A stretch of 64,000 nucleotides of DNA, from the NCBI GenBank assembly GCA_048320885.1, contig JBLWFJ010000001.1:1349642-1413641 (forward strand), given 5' to 3'. Of this stretch, positions 44,504-52,961 are shown one piece after another (positions within the stretch are counted from its first letter, which is position 1; every line of letters starts with the position of its first letter). Made by a program: the position numbers and the translations under genes. The DNA comes from Nannocystaceae bacterium ST9. GTDB lineage: Bacteria; Myxococcota_A; Polyangia; Nannocystales; Nannocystaceae. The notes under the pieces were generated by a model. It was not told the origin of the DNA. It saw nothing but the letters and a program-made list of their open reading frames with translations, and did no database searches.

Positions 44504-45399
44504 TGAAGGCCCTGTGGTCGCTGTGGACCAAGCCGGCCCTGCGACCCGGGAGCGCGCGCTGGCTGAGCGAGCGCCATCACCTGCTGGCCTGGGCGCTCTC
44601 GTTCGCCCGGGCCCGCGAGTTCTACCCTCGCACCGCGCTGATCACCGACAGCCTCGGCAAGCGCTGGTTGGTCGACGAGCTCGGCCTGCCCTTCGACGAG
44701 GTCTCGACCGAGCTCGACGCGCTGGCCGACGCCGACCCGCGCTTCTGGGCGCTCGGCAAGCTCTACGCCTACCGAGCGCAGACCGAGCCCTTCGTGCACC
44801 TCGACAACGACGTGTTCTTGTGGAAGCGCCTGCCCGCCGCGCTCGAGCAGGCCGCCGTGCTCGCGCAGAACCCCGAGTACTTCACGCCCGGCGATCCGAT
44901 GGCCTACTACCAGCCGACGATGCTGAGCTCGGCCTTGCTCGAGCACGGCGACGATCCTTGGTTGCCCGAGCCCTGGCGCTGGGCCGTCGAGCGACCCGGC
45001 GTGCACACGGCCGCGTGCTGCGGGATCTTCGGCGGCAACGATCATGCCTTCATCCGTCGCTACGCCGAGCAGGCGATCCGCATGGCCGAGCACCCCGGCA
45101 ACCGCTCGGGCTGGGCGGCGTTCGACAGCCACTTCGATCCCAACGTCCACTTCGAGCAGTACCTGCTCTCGGCCTGCCTCGATCACCAGCGCCACCACGG
45201 GACCGAGGTCGAGATCGCGTATCTCTTCCCTACCCACGACGCGCCCTTCGTCGCCGACGAGGCCGCGCGGGTCGGCTACACCCACTTGATCGGGAACGCC
45301 AAGCAGAACCCCGAGCTTATGGAGCGGCTCGATCGTCGCGTGCTCAGCGAGCACCCGCAGCTGCACGAGCGGGCCGCGGCCTGTTCGAAGCTGGCCTGA
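44503..45399 (+). CDS. hypothetical protein (DxD-containing, possibly glycosyltransferase-like)
   Basis: GTG 44503 overlaps the upstream TAG by 1 nt and is in frame with the tail of ORF 44128..45399. Texts FWALGKLYAYRAQTEPFVHLDNDVFLW and CCGIFGGND. No firm family call. Confidence 0.5.
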   Translation: MKALWSLWTKPALRPGSARWLSERHHLLAWALSFARAREFYPRTALITDSLGKRWLVDELGLPFDEVSTELDALADADPRFWALGKLYAYRAQTEPFVHLDNDVFLWKRLPAALEQAAVLAQNPEYFTPGDPMAYYQPTMLSSALLEHGDDPWLPEPWRWAVERPGVHTAACCGIFGGNDHAFIRRYAEQAIRMAEHPGNRSGWAAFDSHFDPNVHFEQYLLSACLDHQRHHGTEVEIAYLFPTHDAPFVADEAARVGYTHLIGNAKQNPELMERLDRRVLSEHPQLHERAAACSKLA

Positions 45400-45412
45400 G
45401 GCGGCTCGAAAC

Positions 45413-45448
45413 GCGCCACGGCTTGCTCGCGAGAGCGAGCCATGGCGC
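45413..45448. other. imperfect hairpin shared by convergent transcripts (after sORF-1 and after the 44503..45399 gene)
   Basis: GCGCCA..GCTCGC-gaga-GCGAGC..TGGCGC. It shares the CCATGGC and GCTCGC cores with the hairpin at 45564-45602. Confidence 0.4.
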
Positions 45449-45461
45449 ACCGGACTCGGCC

Positions 45462-45515
45462 TCAGAGGCCGGACACGTTGAGGCCGCCTGCCTTCACCTT
45501 GGTCTTGGTCTTCAT
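45462..45515 (-). CDS. 17-aa sORF-1 (MKTKTKVKAGGLNVSGL)
   Basis: Preceded by AAAGGAGGAG, 7 nt upstream of the ATG. This is the strongest SD seen in the window. The N-terminus is shared with sORF-2. Confidence 0.4.
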   Translation of the reverse strand: MKTKTKVKAGGLNVSGL

Positions 45516-45563
45516 GGTTCGCTCCTCCTTTCTCGGCCGCGCGACGCGGCTCGACCGAAGTGA

Positions 45564-45602
45564 ACCACACCATGGCTCGCTCGCGCGAGGCCATGGTGTG
45601 GT
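45564..45602. other. strong hairpin between the two sORFs
   Basis: ACCACACCATGGC + TCGC / loop tcgc / GCGA + (g) + GCCATGGTGTGGT gives 13 + 4 bp. No U-tract. Confidence 0.55.
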
Positions 45603-45618
45603 GGAAGCGAGCCGGGCC

Positions 45619-45672
45619 TCACTGGCCGGTCGGGAGACCGGAGCCGGCCTTGATCTTGGTCTTGGTCTTCAT
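45619..45672 (-). CDS. 17-aa sORF-2 (MKTKTKIKAGSGLPTGQ)
   Basis: Starts 13 nt after the CYP51 stop. The first 10 codons are nearly identical to sORF-1 at the DNA level. SD is weak. Confidence 0.3.
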   Translation of the reverse strand: MKTKTKIKAGSGLPTGQ

Positions 45673-45685
45673 GCGGACGAGCCTA

Positions 45686-47092
45686 TCAAGCCGCGCGCAC
45701 GAAGGTCCGGCTCTTTCGCCGCCGATAGCGAAGCCGGCAAGGATGCCGCGGCCCGACCAGCAGACGCGAGTAGTCCGGCTCGTAGACGTCGCCCTCGACC
45801 AGCTCGAAGTCGAAGTTGCGCAGCACGTGGCTCCACAGCGCGCGCAGCTGCAGCTGGGCGAACACGATGCCCATGCAGCGGTGCCGGCCGGCGCCGAAGG
45901 GGATGAACGCCATCGGGTTGGCCTTGTCCTCGCTGCGCGGGGCCAGGAAGCGGGTCGGGTCGAAGCGGTGCGGCTCGGGGAACACCTCGGCGATGTAGTG
46001 CGAGACCGCGGGCGACGAGAAGATCATCGAGCCATGCGGGAAGTCGTAGCCGGCGTACTCGAAGTCGTTCATCACCTTGCGCATCATGATGATGATCGGC
46101 GGGTACATGCGCAGGACCTCCTTGATCGTCGCTTCGAGCTTGGGCATCGAGCGCAGATCGTCGAGGGTCAGGTCGTCGCGGTTGCCGAGCAGCTCGGCCT
46201 GCTCGGCGCGCAGCTCGGCCGCCCACTCGGGGTGCTGGGCGAGCAGGATGCCCGTCCACGAGAAGGTCACGCCGCTGGTGTGATGGCCGGCGAACATGAT
46301 CGTCAGCAGCAGGCCGGTGATCTCGTCTTCGCTGAGCGCTCGGCCGTCCTTGTAGTGGGCCTCCATCAGCGACTGCAACATGTCGTCGCCGACGTGGCCG
46401 CGAGCGCGGCGGTCGGCGACGATGCCCTTGATCAGCTCGACCAGGCGCACGCGGGCCTGATCGCGGCGGCGAAACGCCGGGACCAGCGGCAGGTCGGGGT
46501 TCAAGAACGCCAGCACGTTCAGCCCGCCCTCCATCTCCTGATAGAGCTTGGCGAACTCGCCCGAGAGCTTCTGGCGAAACTCGTTGCCGAGCAGCGAGCG
46601 GCTCGACGTGTAGATCGTCAGCTCGTTGCCGACGTCGTACATGTCGACGATCCCCGAGTCCTGCCAGCTCCCGAAGTACTGCTCGGCCTCCTCGATGAAG
46701 CCCTGCGCGTAGGTCCGCATCCGCTGCTCGCGGAGCGCCTCGTGGAAGAAGCCCAGCTGCTCGCGCATGATCGGCGGCGGCGCGTCGTAGGCGATGCCCT
46801 TGCCGAAGATCGGCGTCATCAGCCGGTACGACTCGGCCTGGCTGACGTCCTCGTCGCTCATGCGGAAGAACTTCTCTTGCGCCTTGGGTCCCGTCATCAC
46901 GATCGCGTCGGCGCCAGGCAGCGCCATCGTGAACAGGTCGCCGTAGAAGGCTCGCCCGCGCTCGAGCAGGCGGACCGGGTTGCTGCGCATCTCGAGCGCG
47001 TGGCCGAGCAGCGGAAGCCCGCCTTCGAGCCGCGGCGGCAGCTTGGCGGCCCCCTTCGAGGGTTGGGACGGAGCGCTGAAGAGCGTGACCAT
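45686..47092 (-). CDS. cyp51: cytochrome P450, CYP51-like sterol 14-alpha-demethylase
   Basis: Collinear by eye with M. tuberculosis CYP51: YRLMTPIFGKGIAYDA, ELTIYTSS, FAKLYQEME, FRRRDQAR, EITGLLLTIMFAGHHTSG, and the heme loop FIPFGAGRHRCMG. Ends ...CRLRYRRR. Confidence 0.85.
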   Translation of the reverse strand: MVTLFSAPSQPSKGAAKLPPRLEGGLPLLGHALEMRSNPVRLLERGRAFYGDLFTMALPGADAIVMTGPKAQEKFFRMSDEDVSQAESYRLMTPIFGKGIAYDAPPPIMREQLGFFHEALREQRMRTYAQGFIEEAEQYFGSWQDSGIVDMYDVGNELTIYTSSRSLLGNEFRQKLSGEFAKLYQEMEGGLNVLAFLNPDLPLVPAFRRRDQARVRLVELIKGIVADRRARGHVGDDMLQSLMEAHYKDGRALSEDEITGLLLTIMFAGHHTSGVTFSWTGILLAQHPEWAAELRAEQAELLGNRDDLTLDDLRSMPKLEATIKEVLRMYPPIIIMMRKVMNDFEYAGYDFPHGSMIFSSPAVSHYIAEVFPEPHRFDPTRFLAPRSEDKANPMAFIPFGAGRHRCMGIVFAQLQLRALWSHVLRNFDFELVEGDVYEPDYSRLLVGPRHPCRLRYRRRKSRTFVRAA

Positions 47093-47180
47093 GGCGCGTC
47101 GACGCTACCCGCTCGCATGCTGGCTCGAAAGCCGCGCGAGCGCAGGTGTGGCCGGGATCACCGGGGGCCGCTCACGCGCA

Positions 47181-48374
47181 TCACGGCTCGTCACAGCGCG
47201 GATCGAGCACCGGGACTGGTTGCACCTGCGTGATGCTCGGGTCCAGCCCAATCACGTCTTCGCCTCCATAGCCAAGACCGCCGCTCCAACAGTATACGGA
47301 ACCCGACTCCCCCAGAGCGCACGCGGAGCCATAACCAACGCTGATCGTCACGGCCGGCTCCGGCAAGGGAATGGGATCGACCACGAGCGGATCGAGAACA
47401 TCTTCGCCCCATGGATCGAGTGGCGTCGCTACCGGAGCGCCCCCCCAGCAACGGACCGAGCCATCGGCCGCGAGTAGGCACGCAGCACCTGTCCCCACGT
47501 CGACCTGCTCGACGCCTTGGTCGAGGGCGAGCGGCGGCAACGAAGCAGGTGTTTCATCGTCACCGATGTTACCTCCACCCGCCCCTCGACCCACCAATCG
47601 CTCGTCGCCCCAACAAGTGAAAGATCCCCCTTCCAGACGAGCGCATGCCGCCAACGTTCCAACGCTGACCTCGAGCGCGGCAGTGGGCATCTCGATCAGC
47701 TTGGGCGTCGATGACTCCAAGCTGCCGGGAACCCCCAGGATTCCACATGGTTCGTCCAGCTCACATTGTGGATCCGACCCCCAACAAGCCACTTGACCAT
47801 CGTCCAACACCGCACAAGCGCTATCGAAGCCGAGCGCCACTCCGATCACCGCCCCCGGTAACACCACCGTCGAGGGCTCGTCGTCGTCGCCCAGAGGTTC
47901 GTTGGTTTCTACGCCGACGATGCTCCGGTTTCCCCAACAGCGAAGCGTGCCGTCGTCCAACACCGCGCACGCACCGGAGTGTCCGACGGCGACGCTGGCG
48001 ACCGGTCGTCCGAAGTCGAAGCCGTCGATGACGGGGTCACCCTCGTACTTCGAGAACGGCTCCAGACAGCCGAGCCTGCCCTGTGCACGGCCGCACACGT
48101 CCAGTCCAACCGATACCGAGTCGAGCTCGAGATTCAGCCACTCGGCCATCCATGCCGGTTCGTCGTCACCGATGATCTCGCCATCGAGTTGCTCGCCCCA
48201 ACAGCGGACGCGTCCGGTCGACGCGCGAGCGCAGGTCCGGAGATCGGCGACGGCCGTCTCGACCTCGACGATCTCGACGCACTCCTGCGCGGGATCGAAG
48301 TCGTCGGGCGGCACGAGAGGCTCCGGCCCACATGCGGGGCACAGGAGCACGATGAATGGCAAGCGACGTGTCAC
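47181..48374 (-). CDS. RCC1-repeat (beta-propeller) secreted protein/lipoprotein
   Basis: GTG 48374 overlaps the upstream TGA (GTGA). N-terminus VTRRLPFIVLLCPACG. Recurrent units ...ACAVLDDG.(V/L)(A/R)CWG.... Confidence 0.75.
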   Translation of the reverse strand: MTRRLPFIVLLCPACGPEPLVPPDDFDPAQECVEIVEVETAVADLRTCARASTGRVRCWGEQLDGEIIGDDEPAWMAEWLNLELDSVSVGLDVCGRAQGRLGCLEPFSKYEGDPVIDGFDFGRPVASVAVGHSGACAVLDDGTLRCWGNRSIVGVETNEPLGDDDEPSTVVLPGAVIGVALGFDSACAVLDDGQVACWGSDPQCELDEPCGILGVPGSLESSTPKLIEMPTAALEVSVGTLAACARLEGGSFTCWGDERLVGRGAGGGNIGDDETPASLPPLALDQGVEQVDVGTGAACLLAADGSVRCWGGAPVATPLDPWGEDVLDPLVVDPIPLPEPAVTISVGYGSACALGESGSVYCWSGGLGYGGEDVIGLDPSITQVQPVPVLDPRCDEP

Positions 48375-49390
48375 TTGCACTTGTCGTCGTCGGCCACGCA
48401 GGCGAAGCGCACGTGCAGATGATCGTCGTGCTTGGGCTCGTGACGCACGATCCCGTGCTTGGCCCACTGCCCGTCGGGGTACTGAAACACGTCGACCAGC
48501 TTCTTCTTCGACCAGCCGCGCTTGCGGGCCTCGGCGTAGAGCCAGCCTTGCAGCTCGTAGTCGACGAACACCTTCTCGACCCCGCCCGGCTTGCCGGCGG
48601 TGGTCAGCAGGGCCTCGAGCAGCGCCCAGGTCGCGGCGGCGTCGAAGCTCGACTTGGTCGCGACCACGAACTCCTGCGGGTACTCGGCGGGCAGCTCGCG
48701 ATAGAAGAGCCCGAGGTCGATGTCGCGGCCCGACTGGTGCGAGGCGTGGCCCGAGAGCGCGCCGCCGTCCTCGTCGGACAGGTCGCCGATCGCCAGGCGA
48801 TGGGCCTTGGGGAAGCGCTCGTGCACGGCCGCGATCGCGTTGAGCGTGTGGTCGATCAGGTGGGCGGCGGCGTAGGTCCGCTCGACCCGTCGCCGGTAGT
48901 ACTGGCTCGAGCGCGGCAGTCGAGTCGGCTTGCGCAAGTAGCCATGATCGGGCCGGCCGATGCTCTGCCCGGCGATCGCTCGGATCGTCCGCTCACTCGA
49001 GCCCGGCAAGCGCAGCGTCTGGCCAACGCGGATCAGGCTGCCCTCGATGTCGTTGAGCTCGCGCAGCTCGTCGACGCTGGTCGCGTGGCGCTCGGCGATG
49101 CTGGCCAAGGTGTCGCCCGACTTGACCACGTACTCGCGCGAGCTCGCCCCGCCTCCGCCCTCGCAGCTCGACACGTCGAGCTCGCGCCCGACCACGAGCG
49201 GCTCGTCGGGCTCGAGCTCGTTGGCCTCGCGCAGGCTGCTGATCGAGCAGCCGTGCTCCTGCGCCAGGTCCCAGAGCGTGTCGCCCGGCTGAACCACGAC
49301 CGTGCGGCTCGCCCCCCGAGCGGGCTCGATCCCGACCGCCAGCGACAGCCAGCAGGCGCTCAGGATGCAAATCGGGCGAGACCAGCGCAT
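48371..49390 (-). CDS. LysM x2 plus MepA-like (peptidase M74) murein endopeptidase
   Basis: ORF trimmed to ATG 49390 (MRWSRPICILSACWLSLAVG). LysM texts VVQPGDTLWDLAQEHG and YVVKSGDTLASIAERH. Catalytic texts SGHASHQSGRDIDL and HDDHLHVRF. Confidence 0.8.
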   Translation of the reverse strand: MRWSRPICILSACWLSLAVGIEPARGASRTVVVQPGDTLWDLAQEHGCSISSLREANELEPDEPLVVGRELDVSSCEGGGGASSREYVVKSGDTLASIAERHATSVDELRELNDIEGSLIRVGQTLRLPGSSERTIRAIAGQSIGRPDHGYLRKPTRLPRSSQYYRRRVERTYAAAHLIDHTLNAIAAVHERFPKAHRLAIGDLSDEDGGALSGHASHQSGRDIDLGLFYRELPAEYPQEFVVATKSSFDAAATWALLEALLTTAGKPGGVEKVFVDYELQGWLYAEARKRGWSKKKLVDVFQYPDGQWAKHGIVRHEPKHDDHLHVRFACVADDDKCK

Positions 49391-49502
49391 CGATCTCCAC
49401 CCTCCGCCATGTCGCGCGAGCGAGCAAGTTTTCGGCGTCAGCGAGGGTCGAGTCGGCGACCTGTGGTCCAAGCCATGCCCACGCATGCTAGGTTTGGAGG
49501 GC

Positions 49503-50246
49503 ATGAGCGTGGGCACCCGGCGTCCGCGACTGCTCGACGGTCATCCGCCCGAGCTGCTGGTCTACGACGAGGACACCAACTGTCCCTACCTCGACGCCAA
49601 GATCGCCCGCCTGCCGATGCGCCTGCCGACCCGGCCGCTGACGGCCGCCGAGTTCAGCGAGCGCCTGCACGTCGGCGATCGTCGGCAGGGGCTCGTGCTC
49701 TACCGGCCCTCGTGCGCCGAGTGCAACGCCTGCGAGGCGATCCGGCTCGACATCCAGAGCTTCCAGCCGAGCAAGACCCAAAAGCGAATCTTCAAGCGTG
49801 GCGAGGCCGAGCTGCGCGTCGAGATCGGCGAGCCGCGGCTGAGCAGCGAGAAGGTCCAGCTCTACAACAAGCACAAGGTCGGCCGCGAGCTGATGGGTGA
49901 AGGCGACCCGATCGACGAATCGGGCTACGGCGCGTTCCTGGTCGACTCGTGCACCGAGAGCTTCGAGATCCGCTACCTGTTCGGCGAGCGGCTGATCGGC
50001 GTGGCGATCGTCGACCGGGGCACCGACGCGCTCTCGGCCGTGTACACCTACTTCGATCCCGAGTTCGGCCAGCTCAGCCCGGGCGTGTACTCGATCATGA
50101 AGCAGCTCGACCTGTGCCGGCAGTGGGGGCTTCGCTGGCTGTATCTCGGGCTCTACGTGCGCGACTGCTCGTCGATGGCCTACAAGGCCAAGTACTTGCC
50201 CCACGAGCGGCTGCGCGAGGGCAAGTGGGTGCTCTTCGACGAGTAG
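49503..50246 (+). CDS. bpt: arginyl/aspartyl/glutamyl-tRNA--protein transferase (ATE/Bpt family)
   Basis: ORF 49302..50246 trimmed to ATG 49503. CPYLDAKIARLPM, YRPSCAECNACEAIRL, PSKTQKRI, SAVYTYFDPEF...SPGVYSI, YLGLYV..C..MAYKAKY. Confidence 0.8.
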   Translation: MSVGTRRPRLLDGHPPELLVYDEDTNCPYLDAKIARLPMRLPTRPLTAAEFSERLHVGDRRQGLVLYRPSCAECNACEAIRLDIQSFQPSKTQKRIFKRGEAELRVEIGEPRLSSEKVQLYNKHKVGRELMGEGDPIDESGYGAFLVDSCTESFEIRYLFGERLIGVAIVDRGTDALSAVYTYFDPEFGQLSPGVYSIMKQLDLCRQWGLRWLYLGLYVRDCSSMAYKAKYLPHERLREGKWVLFDE

Positions 50247-50258
50247 TACACTCGGCGA

Positions 50259-52961
50259 GTGTCTGGCTTGGTCCTGCCCGACTTCGTCTTGCCCTTCTTC
50301 GCGATCGATCGTGACTCGATCGCGGTCGTCGGCGGCAAGGCGGCCAAGCTCGGCGCGATGGCTCGAGCCGGCTTCCCGGTCCCGCCCGGCTGCTGCGTGA
50401 CCACCGAGGCGTTTCGTCGCTTCATGATGATCTCGCCCGCGCTCGCCGGGCTGTTCGAGCGGCTCGCCGCGCTCGCACCCGACGACCTCCCGGCCGTCCG
50501 CGAGCTCGGCGAGGCCCTGCGCTCGCACCTGCTCGGGCTGCCGATCCCGAGCGAGGTCGAGGTCGCGATCGTCGAGGCCTGGCGCGCGCTCGGGGACTCG
50601 CACGCCTACGCGGTCCGCTCGAGCGCGACGGCCGAGGATCTGCCCGGAGCCTCGTTCGCCGGCCAGCAAGACACCTACCTCGCCGTGGTCGGCCGCGCGG
50701 CGCTGCTCGAGCGCGTGCGCGCCTGCTGGGCCTCGCTCTTCACCGATCGGGCGATCCTCTACCGCGCCCGGCAGGGCTTCGATCACCGCCGAGTCGAGCT
50801 CGCGGTGGTGATCCAGCGGATGGTCCGCCCGCAGACCTCGGGCATCCTGTTCACCGCCCACCCGATCGACGGACGCCGACACGTGCTGACGATCGACGCC
50901 GGGTTCGGGCTCGGCGAGGCGCTGGTCTCGGGCCTGGTCAACGCCGATCTCTACGAGGTCGACAAGCGCTCGGCGACGATCCTGCGCAAGACCATCGCCG
51001 ACAAGCGGCTCGCGATCGTGCCGCTCGCCGAGGGCGGCACCGAGCAGGTCGAGCTCGACGAGACCCGCCGGCACGCCCAGGTGCTCACCGACGAGCAGAT
51101 CCTCGCGCTCGCCGAGCTCGGTCGGCGGATCGAGGCCGACTTCGGCGAGCCGCAGGACATCGAGTGGTGCATCGAAGACGGCGAGCTGTGGTTGGTTCAG
51201 GCCCGGCCGATCACCACGCTCTATCCCCTGCCGGCGCATCCGCTCGACGACCAGCTGCGGCTCTACGTCTCGCTCGGTCACGTCCAGGTCATGACCGACG
51301 TCATGACCCCCTTCGCCCATGGGATCTGGAAGCGCTTCATCCCGATCGATCGCGATCCGCAGGGGCGCGCGCGAGTGCTGCACTCGGCCGGCGGTCGACT
51401 CTTCATCGACCCCAGCGACTTGCTCCGGCTGCCGCGGCCCGCCGCGTTGATGCCCGAGGTGCTCGGCCTGGTCGATCCGCGGACCGCCGAGGCGGTCCGG
51501 CAGATCGTCGCGCGGCCCGAGTTTCGAGCGGCGCCGCGGCGCGTCGGTCGAATGCGGCTCGCTCACGGGATCGCGTGGTTCGCCCAGCGGATCATCCCGC
51601 GCGTGCTGTGGCGGCTCTGGTTCACGCGCACGCTCGGCATCGCCGCTCGCACGCGCGCGCGCATGGACAGGTTGCTCGAGCAGACCCGCGCTCGCCTCGA
51701 CGACGAACGAGTCGCGCCCGATGCCGGCGCCCGCCTGCGCGAGGCGATCGCGACGGTCTCGCGGCTCTTCGTCGACATGTTCTTCCCGATCGTGCCTTCG
51801 ATCATGGCCGGGGGCTTGGCCGGCGTGCTGCTGCGCAAGCTGACCCGCGTGTCCGACGACGACCTCGCCGCGCTCAAGCGCGGGCTCGAGGGCAACGTGA
51901 CCACGCAGATGGACCTGCGGATCGGCGATCTGGCCGACCTCGCCCGCGAGTCGAGCGAGCTGGTCGCCTGGCTGCGCGCGCAGGACCACCCCACCCGCGC
52001 GGACCTGGCCGCGCGCGCCGACACTGGCCCGCTGCTGGTCGCGCTCGATCGCTTCTTGGCCGAGTACGGCATGCGCGGCGGCTCGGAGATCGACATCGGC
52101 CGACCTCGCTGGCGCGACGATCCCAGCCTGCTCTTGCAGGTGCTGCGAGGCAACGTCGCCCGCGAGCAGGCCGGGGCCCACCGCGTGCATCACCAACGCA
52201 TGACACTCGAGGGCGAGGCCGCGGCCGCGCGGGCGGTCGCGTCGGCCCGGCCCTGGGCGCGGCCGCTGGCGCGTCGACTGGTCCGGGTCTACCGCGATCT
52301 CTCGGCCCTGCGCGAGCACCCGAAGTTTCAGCTCGTCCGCGTGCTCGGGTTGATCCGCGAAGCCGCGCTGGCCTACGCCGCCGAGTTGGTCGCGGCCGGC
52401 CGACTCGAGCGCGCCGACGACATCTGGATGCTCGAGATCGACGAAGTGCTCGCGACGATCGCCGCGGATCCGAACGACGATCCACTGCCGCTCGCGACGA
52501 TCGTCGGCGAGCGCCGAGCCGCGTGGGCCCACTTCGCCCGGCTCGCGCCGCCGCGGGTGATGACCAGCGAAGGCGAGATCGTCGGCGGCGAGCAGGTCCG
52601 CACCGATCTACCCGCGGGCGCCCTGCATGGCACCGCGGCCTCGGCCGGCGTGGTCGAGGGCCTCGTCCGGGTCGTCCTCGATCCCCACCGCGAGGTCCTG
52701 CACGCCGGCGAGATCCTGGTCGCGCCCTTCACCGATCCCGGCTGGACCCCGCTCTTCATCAACGCCGCCGGACTGATCATGGAGGTCGGCGGATTGATGA
52801 CCCACGGCTCGGTCGTCGCCCGCGAGTACGGGATCCCGGCCGTGGTCTCGGTCGACGCCGCGACCACGCGCCTGCGCACCGGCCAGCGCGTGCGCCTCGA
52901 CGGCACCCGGGGAATCATCGAGGTGATCGACGACCCCGAGTCGAAGTCGACCGAGCGCTAG
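50259..52961 (+). CDS. PEP-utilizing enzyme (PEP synthase / rifampicin-phosphotransferase-like architecture)
   Basis: GTG start, 900 aa. N-terminal ATP-grasp text VGGKAAKLGAM...GFPVPPGCCVTT. C-terminal swivel domain GEILVAPFTDPGWTPLF..AAGLIMEVGGLMTHGSVVAREYGIPAV. Confidence 0.8.
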   Translation: MSGLVLPDFVLPFFAIDRDSIAVVGGKAAKLGAMARAGFPVPPGCCVTTEAFRRFMMISPALAGLFERLAALAPDDLPAVRELGEALRSHLLGLPIPSEVEVAIVEAWRALGDSHAYAVRSSATAEDLPGASFAGQQDTYLAVVGRAALLERVRACWASLFTDRAILYRARQGFDHRRVELAVVIQRMVRPQTSGILFTAHPIDGRRHVLTIDAGFGLGEALVSGLVNADLYEVDKRSATILRKTIADKRLAIVPLAEGGTEQVELDETRRHAQVLTDEQILALAELGRRIEADFGEPQDIEWCIEDGELWLVQARPITTLYPLPAHPLDDQLRLYVSLGHVQVMTDVMTPFAHGIWKRFIPIDRDPQGRARVLHSAGGRLFIDPSDLLRLPRPAALMPEVLGLVDPRTAEAVRQIVARPEFRAAPRRVGRMRLAHGIAWFAQRIIPRVLWRLWFTRTLGIAARTRARMDRLLEQTRARLDDERVAPDAGARLREAIATVSRLFVDMFFPIVPSIMAGGLAGVLLRKLTRVSDDDLAALKRGLEGNVTTQMDLRIGDLADLARESSELVAWLRAQDHPTRADLAARADTGPLLVALDRFLAEYGMRGGSEIDIGRPRWRDDPSLLLQVLRGNVAREQAGAHRVHHQRMTLEGEAAAARAVASARPWARPLARRLVRVYRDLSALREHPKFQLVRVLGLIREAALAYAAELVAAGRLERADDIWMLEIDEVLATIAADPNDDPLPLATIVGERRAAWAHFARLAPPRVMTSEGEIVGGEQVRTDLPAGALHGTAASAGVVEGLVRVVLDPHREVLHAGEILVAPFTDPGWTPLFINAAGLIMEVGGLMTHGSVVAREYGIPAVVSVDAATTRLRTGQRVRLDGTRGIIEVIDDPESKSTER

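Noticed and set aside
45413-47092. P450 plus short peptides as a biarylitide/cittilin-type P450-RiPP cluster.
   Set aside because: The P450 is collinear with sterol demethylase CYP51 rather than a peptide-crosslinking P450. Both 17-aa peptides lack Tyr, Trp and His residues to crosslink. The sORFs are kept as an open observation, not as this RiPP class.
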